NCBI RefSeq assembly: GCF_032444005.1 | Contig: NC_091284.1 | Location: 415,090,001-415,154,000, forward strand | Reading direction: 5' to 3' | DNA from: Ranitomeya imitator | Taxonomy: Eukaryota | Length of the DNA stretch: 64,000 nucleotides | Shown: positions 1-12,600 of the stretch, piece by piece | How the letters are laid out: each line of letters starts with the position of its first letter | Position numbering within the stretch: position 1 is the stretch's first letter | Program-made: the position numbers and the translations under genes | Notes under the pieces: generated by a model | Databases searched by the model: none | What the model saw: the letters and a program-made list of their open reading frames with translations, nothing else | What the model was told of the DNA's origin: nothing

Positions 1-565
1 ATATCAGAGCAGAACCTGCTTACAACATGTTGGAAATGTTCAGTACACATTGGCATTATTAGTTTAGGATCAATACAGAAGTGACAGGCCAGGACAGTAA
101 TTCAAAGAGGGAAAACCATTGCATATTTCTGAAAATACTTATGTATAAAAAGTAAACCCTGGAAGTGCTGAAAAGCGTCGGCCAATAGTCAGGAGTTGTA
201 TTATTCCCTGTGTATGAAATGAACAAGATCCATTTGCAAAGTGCTCATTAGCTATTTAAACTTTGGTCCAATTAACATTTTACCGGTCATCCAGCCACTA
301 ACCAGAATTACGTTTATGACAGTCAGAACCTCTCCCTTTTAATTGGCACAGGAGGGGTAGGACAGCAGATTAGCATAAGCAGCTCTCAGTGGACTTCTGG
401 CACTAATTAGGTGTGGTACAGTAGGACATTATCAGAATAGAGCTGTGAGGATCGGGTCTCTACCTACAGCTAGAGTAATCCTCAAGAAAGAAGCAGCAGA
501 GAGAACACAGAGGGCTGGAGAGGACATGGTGTCCAGCCCATGTCACTGCAGGCGGGTTACTGCTT

Positions 566-649
566 CTACCCTGCTATCTCAGTCACTGTCGTTACCAGCT
601 TCTCACCATTCCAAACAGTCTTGAACTGTTCTGGTACCGGAAACTCACT
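566..649 (-). CDS. CAP1: CAP1 last coding exon ([27 protein letters not shown])
   Basis: CAG acceptor at 652-650, TAG stop at 568-566; 3' UTR continues toward position 1. Confidence 0.96.
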   Translation of the reverse strand, partial: SEFPVPEQFKTVWNGEKLVTTVTEIAG

Positions 650-3600
650 CTGCAATAAAGCCAAGTGCATAGTTAGGATATATAGAACAGAGGAATTAGT
701 AAACAGACAATAAATGGTAGCTTTATCCATTTGAAAAATGTCCACTAAGAAATCAGACATGCTATATACCGTACATCTAAGAAAAAACATTTAATGGCAA
801 TGCAATGGACAGGCAAGCCATACTTACAAATTCCCCTCCACTGCCTGGGACCAAAATATTCATTTCTGATGATTTGGCGCTGATGATCTCACAGTTAAGG
901 CTGTCCTTGCTTAGATAGATATGACAGCCATCAGTCTTATTGATGGATATTGTTGGCACTTTACCCAACACCTAAGAGAAAAACCACACAATTGTAAATT
1001 ATTACACTGTATGGTGAATGACGACGTTATACCCGGCCTAGTACTCAGATGAGGCGCTAGCAGATTGGAGGAGGTTCACAGGCCTCTTGTCTGGTCCTAT
1101 GAATCTTTCTGCTCAACTAATGAACACATCTAACAATTGTTTTTATTTTGATAAAAATGGTTTACAAAGTTCATTAATGTCCACAGTTCCTCTGCAGAGT
1201 GGTGTCTACATAGTTACAGGCTTAAAGAAAAAAGACTCCGTTCCATTTATCCCCTGCTTAGTGCAAACATACACATTCTGTAAATTACCAAAAGTAGGAA
1301 ATGAATGAAAGTGACCATAGGATTAGCCTACACCAGGTCTATATGCATTTTTAAACCATGGAAACACATTGGCCTGCATTGGAATGCACACACGAAGTAG
1401 TATCGTTTCTAATCAAACTTATTTGCATATGCTTATTGTTTATGCATTGCAGCATATACCATATTTTTCTAACTATATGTTGCCCCTGACTAGACCCCTC
1501 AGATTTACATATCATAAAAAAGAAAAACATTTCCTACCGATACAAATAAGTGGAGAGGTCAATATCCTTAATATTAATGCACTCGTTTAGAGTAGAGGGG
1601 CAACATTTTTAATGTTTCTCTGCAGCATATATATTATACATAGATTTACAGCACACATGTTATGAACACAGATACAAATGCTTCTCACTAAATTAGAATA
1701 TCAAAAAGTTAATTTATTTCACTTCAATACAAGAAGTAAAACTTATTATATAAATAAGTCATTACAAACGGAGTGATCTATTTCAAGTGTTTTTCTGTTA
1801 ATGTTGATGATTATAGCTTACAGCAAATGAAAACCCAAAAGTCATTATCTCAGTAAATTAGAATACTTTATAACACCGGCCTGAAAAATGATTTTAAAAT
1901 TCGAAATGTTTGCCTACTGAAATGTATATTCAGTAAATGCACTCAATACTTGGTTGAGGCTCCTTTTGCATAAATTACTGCATCAATGCAGTGTGGCATG
2001 GAGGCGATCAGCCTGTGGCACTGCTGAGATGTTATGGAAGCCCAGGTTGCTTTGATAGCAGCCTTCAGCTTGTCTGCATTGTTGGGTCTGGCGTCTCATC
2101 TTCCTCTTGACAATACCCTATAGATTCTCTATGGGGTTAAGGTCAGGTGAGTTTGCTGGCCAATCAAGCACAGTGATACTGCTGTTTTTAAACCAGGTAT
2201 TGGTACTTTTGGCAGCATGGACAGGTGCCAAGTCCTGCTGGCGAATGAAATTTCCATGTCCAAAAATCTTGTCGGCAGAGGGAAGCATGAATTGCTCTAG
2301 AATTTCCTGGTAGACGGCTACGCTGACTTTGGTTTGATAAAACACAGTGGACCTACACCAGCAGATGACATGGCTCCCCAAACCATCACGGATTGGGGAA
2401 ACTTCACACCAGTCCTCAAATGGCTTGGATTGTGTGCCTTTCCACTCTTCTTCCAGACTCTGGGACCTTGATTTCCAGATGAAAATTTACTTACATCTGA
2501 AAACACCTTGGACCACTGAGCAACAGTTCAGTTCTTTTTCTTCTTGGCCCAGGTAAGACGCTTCTGCCCTTGTCTATTGGTCATGAGTGGTTTGACACTT
2601 GTAGCCCATGTCCTGGATACGTCTGTGTGTGGAGGCTCTTGAAGCAATGACTCCAGCAACAGTCCACTCTTTGTGAATCTCCACCAAATTTTTGAATGGC
2701 CTTTTCTTAACACTCCTTTCAAGGCTGCAGTTATCCAGGTTGCTTGTGCACCGTTTTCTACCACACTTTTTCCTTCCACTTAACTGTCCATTAATGCTTG
2801 GATACAGCACTCTGAACAGCCAGCTTCTTTAGCAATGATCGTTTCTTATCCTCCTTGTGGAGTGTCAAGCCAGCAGTCTTCCCCATGATTGTGGAGCCTA
2901 CTGAAACAGACTAAAAGACCTTTTTTAAAACCCCTTAATGAACGCCAATATGTCTTTTTACTGGCCATATAAGAGAATAGCACCCTCATAAAGGTGACAA
3001 TCCAGCAGCTGTCAGCTGGACACCATAGCTGACAACTTGCTGTATCAGCCACGATCAGTGTGGGCAACATCCATATCTGTTTAACCCCTTAGATGCTGCT
3101 GTCAAGTTACAACATCATAAATGGTTAACAGTGTGGGGGCTCCCTCTTTAAAGGGAACCAGTCACCACTTTTTTGTTCTAGCAGCTAAAAATATCATTTA
3201 ACTGCTTGTCAGGTATGCATTCCACATCTACAAATGACCCCCCCCCCCCCCCCCCATGCAATTAATATATATTCTTAGCTGATAGAGCAAAAAAGTGGTG
3301 ACAATCAGCTAAGAATATATATTAATTGCATGGGTTGTCGGGGGGGTTTCAAATGTAGATGTGGAATGCATACCATACAAGCAATTAAATGATATTTTTA
3401 GCTGCTAGAACAAAAAAGTGGTGACTGGTTCCCTTTAACCCCATCGGCACCCCAAGATCATGATTGTGTGGTCCTGATCTTTGCCATGGCAATTCATGGC
3501 CAAATAGCAGCTTTACTGTCTGCTGGCTGTAGTAACCTGTTCAAGAATTAGTGACATAGGTGGTAAAAATACACTTTTTCATTCCGGTCATGTCACTTTG

Positions 3601-6600
3601 CATTCATTCCTGAAAATGACCTGAAGGGTTAAACTACCCGACATCAATTTTCAATATGTTGGGGGGTACAGTTTTCAAAATGGTATATCAAAGTTTGAAA
3701 ATTGCATTTTTTTTTTATATTTTTGTAATATATATTTTTTTATAAATAAAAAAATATCGATCTAATTTTACCATTATCAGAAATTATAATATGCCACGAA
3801 AAAACACTCAAAATCACTAGGATTTGTTGAAGCGTTCGAGTTACCACAAAGTGACACTGTCAGATTTTTAAAAAAACAAAAAAAAAAGCCCGGTTACTAA
3901 AGGGTTAAACTCTTAGGAAGCCTCCTTTGCAGGTGCTTTTTGTTAATTATTCTAATTTACTGAGATAGTGAACTTTGGGTTTTCATTGGCCGTAAGCCAT
4001 AATCAAGATTAACAGAAATAAACACTAGAAATAGATCACGCTGTTTGTAATGACTACATATGAGTTTCACTTTTAAACTGAAATAAACTAACTTTTTGAT
4101 GATACTCTAATTTTGTGAGAAGCACTTGTATACACAACCCTGCTGCATGCACATTCAGGTCTGCTACATAGTCACACTCCCCGGCTTTACAGCACTACAA
4201 GTCACAGCCACAGTAGCACATGTGCCACCCGTGGTGCTTGTAATGCTGCCTTGTACATCAACAGCGTCACCCACAGAGTGAATGCAGCGGTGCCTGGAAA
4301 CAGACATTGCAGGAGCAGGTACAGATATACTCAGATTTATTCCCATCGTCACACTATAGAAATTAGTGATGAGTGAATGTACTCGCACAATGTCTTACCC
4401 GGACATCTGCATCTGGGCATGCTCGTCTATTATGTTAGAGTCCCTGCGGCTGCAAGATTTGCAGCTGTTAGACAGTCAACACATGTGGGGGATTGCCTGT
4501 TTGCCTGTTTTTTAGGGAACCCCCACGTGCTAAGGCTGTTTAACAGCTGCAAATCATGCAGCCGCAGGGACTCCTAACATAATAGACAAGCACGTGCAGA
4601 TGCTCACATAAGACATTATCAAAGCAGGTTCGCTCATCATTCGCGGTGATCTTAAAAGTTAAGTGTAAATACTACCACATTTGACATACCTTCCAGGTAT
4701 GTGACCTGAAAGGTCCTCTAATCTTGAGTTGAAGTGCAGGTACTGATACCTTCCTCACTGACTTGCACTGATCAGTGTTGGGCAGGAGAAGAAAGCCGTG
4801 CTACAGCAAATTTCTTTCAGCAATCAGAACGAACGCCATGTCAACATTCTCCTTATTTATAGGAAGCCGTGTCTGGACTATACGACTTGACAGGTCCCTC
4901 TCCGCAAGGAGAAATGTTACCTCTTGGATCCTGGTTGGACGCTTCACACCCAGCCAATCCAGATCTCACACTTTGCACTGATGAGGGGCAGTACCCCAAA
5001 ACAGTGTCTGTAAATTGAGATTTTGGTTTTGTCTTTTATCCCACATCCTGTGACAAGGCTGTTTAGAGAGTCAATATTGACTTTTAGGATTGCTACTTCC
5101 TATAAGTGGCACTAGAGTTCTAGTCCTCTTTCTCTCTGAAGAGACACGGACTATATGATGCATCCCATTTTTAGCAACAATTTTTCTTGCTGAAAAGTGC
5201 ATCTAATAGTCAAAAAAAATAAGGCAATTTAATTTATTTTCACCACAATTTACTCTTAACCACTGCAGTTTACCACAACTGGGTTAAGCTGCAAAATCTG
5301 ACAAGTTTTGTGCAAATAAAAGGCAAACTATAATCTTATGATATCACTTTGCAAATAGACTTTTGATACAGTTTAAATGGGGTTGTTCAAGTTTGGGATG
5401 AAAGTCTACATTTACTGTGTGACTGCAGGCTTCTGAATCCTTACAGTGTATGCACCGCACAGTCAGGATGGTCTGGTATCGGTGGAGAATGCGGGTGGTC
5501 TCAAGTATGTGATTTGCATATTTCCGGCCATATTCCAACCAGATGTGTGCGGCCAGGCTCAATACAACCAAGATTTTCATCTCAAACCTGGACAACCCCT
5601 TTAATACTTTGTTGGGAAATTCATACTTCCTCAAACAATTACTGATCATGTTGTTCCAGCAATCTAATTTAAGCAAGTTTACTCCTCTCAATTCATAACC
5701 AAACCATGAACAGATACTAAAGAGAGAAGTATAAACCAAACTGACTTGCTCAATATCTTTAGCTAGTGATGGTCACTAACTCCCATCAGCTACAACAGAG
5801 AAAAGAAGCCATCACTTCCAGAGATACAGGACAATCTTAATTTGGAAAAAGGTCATAAAACTGATGGCCCAGTTTGGCTACTTTTCTCTTCAATAGCTAA
5901 AGCACAAACTGAACGAATATGAAAAATATAATAAATCATACCTGCACTTTAACATCACGAGCATTAATGATTTCCACAATACCTACTGCATCTTCAAACA
6001 CTAAGCCGAGCTTCTTGCAGTTGTCTGCAGGGATTTAACACAGGTGTAAGACTACGAAATAATTAGAACTATATGTTTTGCACTTTTTTTTTTTTTTGCT
6101 TACCTATAGTAATGGAGTTTATCTTTCCCTTGACTTGCAGGGTGCTGTTCACACACTTGTATACATAAACCACCTGCTTAAGCTCAGTGTCACTTATCAC
6201 CAAATTAGATGCATTGTCCTGGTTTTCCTGTGAAGACAAGGTAGTTTGTATGAATGTGAGTGTCAGCCAAAAAGCTAATAGTCTTCAGCAGATGGATGAC
6301 TCCATGAGCCTAACACCATTAAGAGATGGTGCGACTTCTGGTAGGCTTTACCTGTATTGCAGGCTTCGTCTAAAGGTGTCCATACACCATAGAAAGATAT
6401 TGGCCAATCATTGGTTTCTAGAGACAGTGCTTTAATGCATTTTTATTTAGGAGAAAGCCTTTGCAAGACACATCTGGCGGCGACTTATGTTCCCAGAGAG
6501 TAAAGGGTACCGTCACATTTAGCGACGCTGCAGCGATATAGACAACGAGCCGATCGCTGCAGCGTCGCTGTGTGGTCGCTGGGAGACGTCAAACACCGGC

Positions 6601-9600
6601 AACAGCAGAACGATGCAGGAGCGATCCAGTGACGTACTTATCGTTCTCACTGGTTGTTCGCTCCATTGAAAACCATTGCAGGCATCGTTGCTTTTGCTGT
6701 CAAACATGACGAATCACTCCGACCTGACGACCAAATAAAGTTCCGGACTTTCAGCGACGACCAGCGATGTCACAGCGGGATCCAGATCGCTGCTGCGTGT
6801 CAAACACAACGAGATCGCTATCCAGGACGCTGCAACGTCACGGATCGCTGTCGTTCTTGTTGGAAAGTTATTCAGTGTGAAGGTACCTTAAAAGAACTGG
6901 GCATATCAATGCAATCTGCCTGATCTGCACTCCCCTCACATCTATCAGGAGTTCCCATATACATACAATAGACGTACATTTGTATGACTTTAAACCCTTT
7001 GGGTTGGGTAATCCTAGTTTTTTTTTTCTTCCAAGGTTTTCTAAAACCAGCTAAGTCAATGAGATTCCTGAAAATATCACGCACATGCTTCGTATATTCT
7101 CCTTGCAGATTCGAACCAAGGCTTTTTTTCAGATCTGCAGCATGACTTTTTTTTTTCCAGACTTTTTGTAGCAGTTTTCACATGTTCACATGGGAAAAAA
7201 AACTAAATGTAAAAAGCATTTTTTTTGCACACACTTGTTTTTGCAGCAGAAAAATATGCTGCAAATACTAAACTCTCCACTATATATTGATATAGTCTAA
7301 GTTTTTCATTTTCACAAGGGCTAACAGGAGAAAATGGATCCTAAAATTTGTTGCGCAATTTCACTCAAAAGTGGCAACCCCATATGTGGTCAAAAACTGC
7401 TAGTTAGGCACACAGCGAGGCTCAGGTTAAGGAAATGTCGTTTCATTTTTGTAGAGCAAATTTTACTGGAACAAATTGTGATCATCAAGTCACATTTCTA
7501 GATTTCCCAAAGTGCAAACCCAATGAATTGATATAGGAATGTGGTGTTCATATTTAACCCACCGATGCTTCCTATTTCAATTTCTCCTAAATCCATGTGT
7601 CCTGAGAAAATACCCTTTGGTCCCACAGCATGATAGCAAGGAAGGGCTGACATTTGACACTTGCAATGGAGATTTGCTGGAATAATATGCAGGCGCCATT
7701 TGCAGAGACCCTAAGGTGTTGGAAGAGCAGAAAAGTCCCAAAAGTGACCCCATTTTTTTACCTAGATCTCTTGCTGAATTCAACAAATTGTGCAGTGACT
7801 ATTTTGAACTCGAAAGGCATTTTCCAAAAAGAACTAAAAACCATGCAGTGGATACTACAGAGTTAAAATTGCAAATATTCCAGCTTAGTGCTAAATACAT
7901 TGGCCCAGGTTCATCAAGACTGGTGATTTTCTTGCTGGTTTTGATGACGGGGCATGCTGGAGTCAGACCTCTTCATGAATCTGGTTTGTCTGACGAATGG
8001 CATGCGCCTCCATTTGCCAATCCAGAAATCGGACTCCAATCAGCAATTGGTCTGAGATTTCTGGCATTCCAAATACCCCATTTCATCACAGATGAGCTGT
8101 GGCGTGGAGTCCCTGTCTGGGCCAGCTCCGTTCATTTTGGTGGAGCTTGGACAAACTTGTGACAATGCCAAAAGTTGCCAAATTTTGGTGTAACGCGGAG
8201 TTGCGCCAAAGTTTTGCGTCTTATCATTAGGTATTTTCTTTGTATGAAAATACCCATTGTATGAAAATGTTTTGATACAAAAACATGCTTTTTGAAGACA
8301 ATTAAAAACCAGATATCCCCAAAAATACACTGTAGCCATGACACTAGGATGTAAATACAATCCCCAATTGGTTTTCCTCAAATGTGTAAATCTATGCTCA
8401 TATGAACTAAGTATACATGAATATCCAACCGCATGTTATTGCAGATAGTGCCCCAATGGAAATGCAAGTGTGTATCACTTAGAAAATGCAAGAAGGATCT
8501 ACCATAGAAATGCAAAATCCATGAGTAACTACCCCATGTAACAAACAATATAATGTCTATGGAAATAAGCCCACGATATACACATAGATATCTAAATATA
8601 CATAACCATAAATAAAGCCCTAGTGACAATGCAAATGCGTATCAATTAGAAAGTGCGCAAAGGGGATACCATCAAAGTGTGGAGTCCATAAATAAAGGAT
8701 CCAGCATGCCAGGCAATATATTGCTAGTGGCGATGAGTCCCATTCATATACAGTACAGACCAAAAGTTTGGACACACCTTCTCATTTAAAGATTTTTCTG
8801 TATTTTCATAACTATGAAAATTGTACATTCACACTGAAGCCATCAAAACTATGAATTAACACATGTGGAATTATATACTTAACAAAAAAGTGTGAAACAA
8901 CTGAAATTATGTCTTATATTCTAGGTTCTTCAAAGTAGCCTCATTTTGCTTTGATGACTGCTTTGCACACTCTTGGCATTCTCTTGATGAGCTTCAAGAG
9001 GTATTCACCGGGAATGGTTTTCACTTCACAGGTGTGCCCTGTCAGGGTAAATAAGTGGGATTTCTTGCCTTACAAATGGGGTTGGGACCAGCAGTTGTGT
9101 TGTGCAGAAATCTGGTGGATACACAGCTGTAGTCCTACTGAATAGACTGTTAGAAATTGTATTATGGCAAAAAAAAGCAACTAAGTATAGAAAAACAAGT
9201 GGCCATCATTACTTTAAGAAATGAAGGTCAGTCAGTCTGAAAAATTGGGAAAACTTTGAAAGTGTCCCCAAGTGCAGTGGCAAAAACCATGAAGCGCTAC
9301 AAAGAAACTGGCTCACATGAGGACCGCCCCAGGAAAGGAAGACCAAGAGCTACTCCTGCTTCTGAGGATAAGTTTATCCGAGTCACCAGCCTCAGAAACC
9401 ACATGTTAACAGCAGCTCAGATTAGAAACCAGGTCAATGCCACACAGAGTTCTAGCAGCAGACACATCTCTACAACAACTGTTAAGAGGAGACTTTGTGC
9501 AGCAGGCCTTCATGATAAAATAGCTACTAGGAAACCACTACTAAGGACAGGCAACAAGCAGAAGAGACTTGTTTGGGCTAAAGAGCACAAGGAATGGACA

Positions 9601-12600
9601 TTAGACCATTGGAAATCTGTGCTTTGGTCTGATGAGTCCAAATTTGAGATCTTTGGTTCCAACCACCGTGTCTTTGTGCGACGCAGAAAAGGTGAACGGA
9701 TGAGCTCAACATGCCTGGTTCCCACCATGAAACATGGAGAAGGAGGTGTGATGGTGTGGGGGTGCTTTGCTGGTGACACTGTTGGGGATTTATTCAAAAT
9801 TGATGGCATACTGAACCAGCATGGCTACCACAGCATCTTGCAGCGGCATGCTATTCCATCCGGTTTGCATTTAGTTGGACCATCATTTATTTTTCAACAG
9901 GACAATGACCCCAAACACACCTCCAGGCTGTGTAAGGGCTGTTTTACCAAGAAAGAGAATGATGGGGTGCTATGCCAGATGACCTGGCCTCCACAGTCCC
10001 AAGACCTGAACCCAATCGAGATGGTTTGGGGTGAGTTGGACCGCAGAGTGAAGGCAAAAGGGCCAACAAGTGCTAAGCATCTCTGGGAACTCCTTCAGGA
10101 CTGTTGGAAGACCATTTCCAGTGACTACCTCTTGAAGCTCATCAAGAGAATGCCAAGAGTGTGCAAAGCAGTCCTCAAAGCAAAAAGGTGGATACTTTGA
10201 AGAACTAGAATATAAGACAATTTCAGTTTCACACTTTTTTGTTAAGTATATAATTCCACATGTGTTAATTTTTAGTTTTGATGCCTTCAGTGTGAATGTA
10301 CAATTTTCATAGTCATGAAAATACAGAAAAATCTTTAAATGAGGTGGTGTCCAAACTTTTGGTCTGTACTGTAGCGGTTATAAAGCAGCTTCATCAGGGC
10401 ATTATAGCATATGACCGTGTAGTCACCAAAGGTCCTTAAGCAATTTTAATCTTGGAATAGAAATGCTAAGGACCCCCAAGACTGAGGGCCTTAGGCAAGT
10501 GACCAGTTTGCACCTCCCCCCAAACTCCAAATGACTGTTATATTTAAAACATAAATCCTATCAAATCATGCTAGGGATTATTATTTTTGGGGAAATACAG
10601 TGCTATCTTCAGCCTCTGCAATGCTGGTTGTCCAACTTGCGTAGTCAAGTCCCAGAAAAGAAATTTTGGTCATGCATTCCTGGGATAAGTGGTTTGCACC
10701 ATAATTTGTCCACTATTGCCATTGTCAAGGATCAATCATATTTGGTCACTTTGCTAACAAAGTACAGCAATCCACAGTTATTAACTGGGCATTAGGCCAC
10801 AACTCAATCTACCGTAGCTCCATAATACCTGAATGATTCCTTTGCCAACAACTTTTTTCCCCATCCTTTTAAATCTAGTTAACGCCACAAAATATCTCTG
10901 ATCACTCCATTGCATACTTACCACCTTCCATTTCTTTCCTTCTAGTTCAAGCACAGGTGGTTCCTTCTTTGGAGCTGGTTTGGATGCAGGAGAACCAATG
11001 TTTGTTGGTTTAGGACTTGTGAATGGTTTAGGTCCGCTTCGGATTGGACCGCTCTGAGACTTCAAAGCAGGATTTTTGTGAGTCTTCATATCTTCAGGCA
11101 CATGTTTCAGAGCTAGAATACATTAAAGAAGCAAATCGTTATGACAGTCACATCACTTACTGAGGAATAATATTGTATGTGCACTGGTATTCTCTGTAGA
11201 CCAACAATGCTCGCCTCAAGATACACAATGCAGATTCTGCCCTTGCTCATGGCATAAAAGAAACAAAAAAAAAAAAACCACCTTCAAAATCCAGCATGTT
11301 TTATGATAAAGTATAAATGTGCTGCCTGAGAAGAAAGACATTTGGACTATTAAAGTACACAGTGGGTCTCAGGTATTAAAATAAGCTGCTGGACCGCCTT
11401 TTATTAACACTGCATCCGGAGTACACACTTTATAACGGTGAGTTTTGGCCGATAATAGATACAGCATCACCTTTCACGGCATATATACAGCATTCTATAA
11501 TGCTGCATATAAGCCCCCCGATCTGACCTGTAAGAGAAGAGAAATAACTTCTACACACCTGCGGAACGGTCCGGTCCAATGGATGTCACTGGTCTTGGTT
11601 CGGCGCCTCTCTCCTGCTTGCTTTGTGTGGATGACTAGTCTCCGTAGCATCGCCCTCCTGCGCAGGCGTACTTCTCTGCCCCATTGAGGGCAGAGTAAAG
11701 TACTACAGTACGCAGGTGCCAAGAAAGGTCAAAGAGCCCCGGCGCATGGTCATTGCAGTACTTTGCCTTGCCCTCAACAGGGCAGAGAAGTACGCCTGTG
11801 CAGGAGCACTGTGCCAAGGGGACTGTGTGGATGATGACAGGACGTGTCATCCACACAAAGCAAGCAGGAGGACGGGACCAGCGACGCCCATTGGACCGGA
11901 CCACCCTGCAAATGAGTATAATAAAAGTTATTTTTCTTCTCTTACGTGTCGGTTTGGAGGCAGGTATACAGCATTATAGTATGCTGTACATCAGCCCTGA
12001 AAGGTGATGGCCGTATCTCTTATCAGCCAAACCTGGTGGCAGGTTCACTTTAAATGATTATTATGGTGCTCCCTCTTCAGAAACACACAGCTCCCCAGTC
12101 TCCCAGGCAGTGCTCTTAAATGACTAACAGTTCAAACCAGCAACACTGTCTTGCCGCGGGCCCAAAATGTGTGCTTCTATACTAAAAACAGAGCTCATTT
12201 ACACCTCTGCAGTACCGAAGAAATCTAGGGGCACTTGCCGAATCCAGCCAGTGTCACAGCAGCGATTTCAGGCTTTAGAGCAAAAAGAATGAAAGTGCAA
12301 CACTCCTTGCCTTGGGAACTCCTGAGACTGCAGAGGTGGCAAATAACCTAGGCAACAGGCAGTACAGAACAAAAATAAAAATCCATCCATTCTTGTCAAC
12401 GGACGGCATTTTTAAAATGAAATAAATGGAAAGTTGCTGATTTTCCAAGCACTTTGCAATTTTTACAGATTTATGATAGTAAAACCTTTCACAGTTTTGC
12501 AATCTTAAATTCTTATATTTAAACTTCTATAGCACCATTATTTCCACAGCCCTGTACAGATTGCAGATTGTGTCCTTGGTGGAATTTGAACCTAGGACTA

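Noticed and set aside
338-343. ATTAAA on the minus strand as the CAP1 poly(A) signal
   Set aside because: It is a variant hexamer without a clear downstream GU-rich element. The 3' UTR may extend beyond the window.
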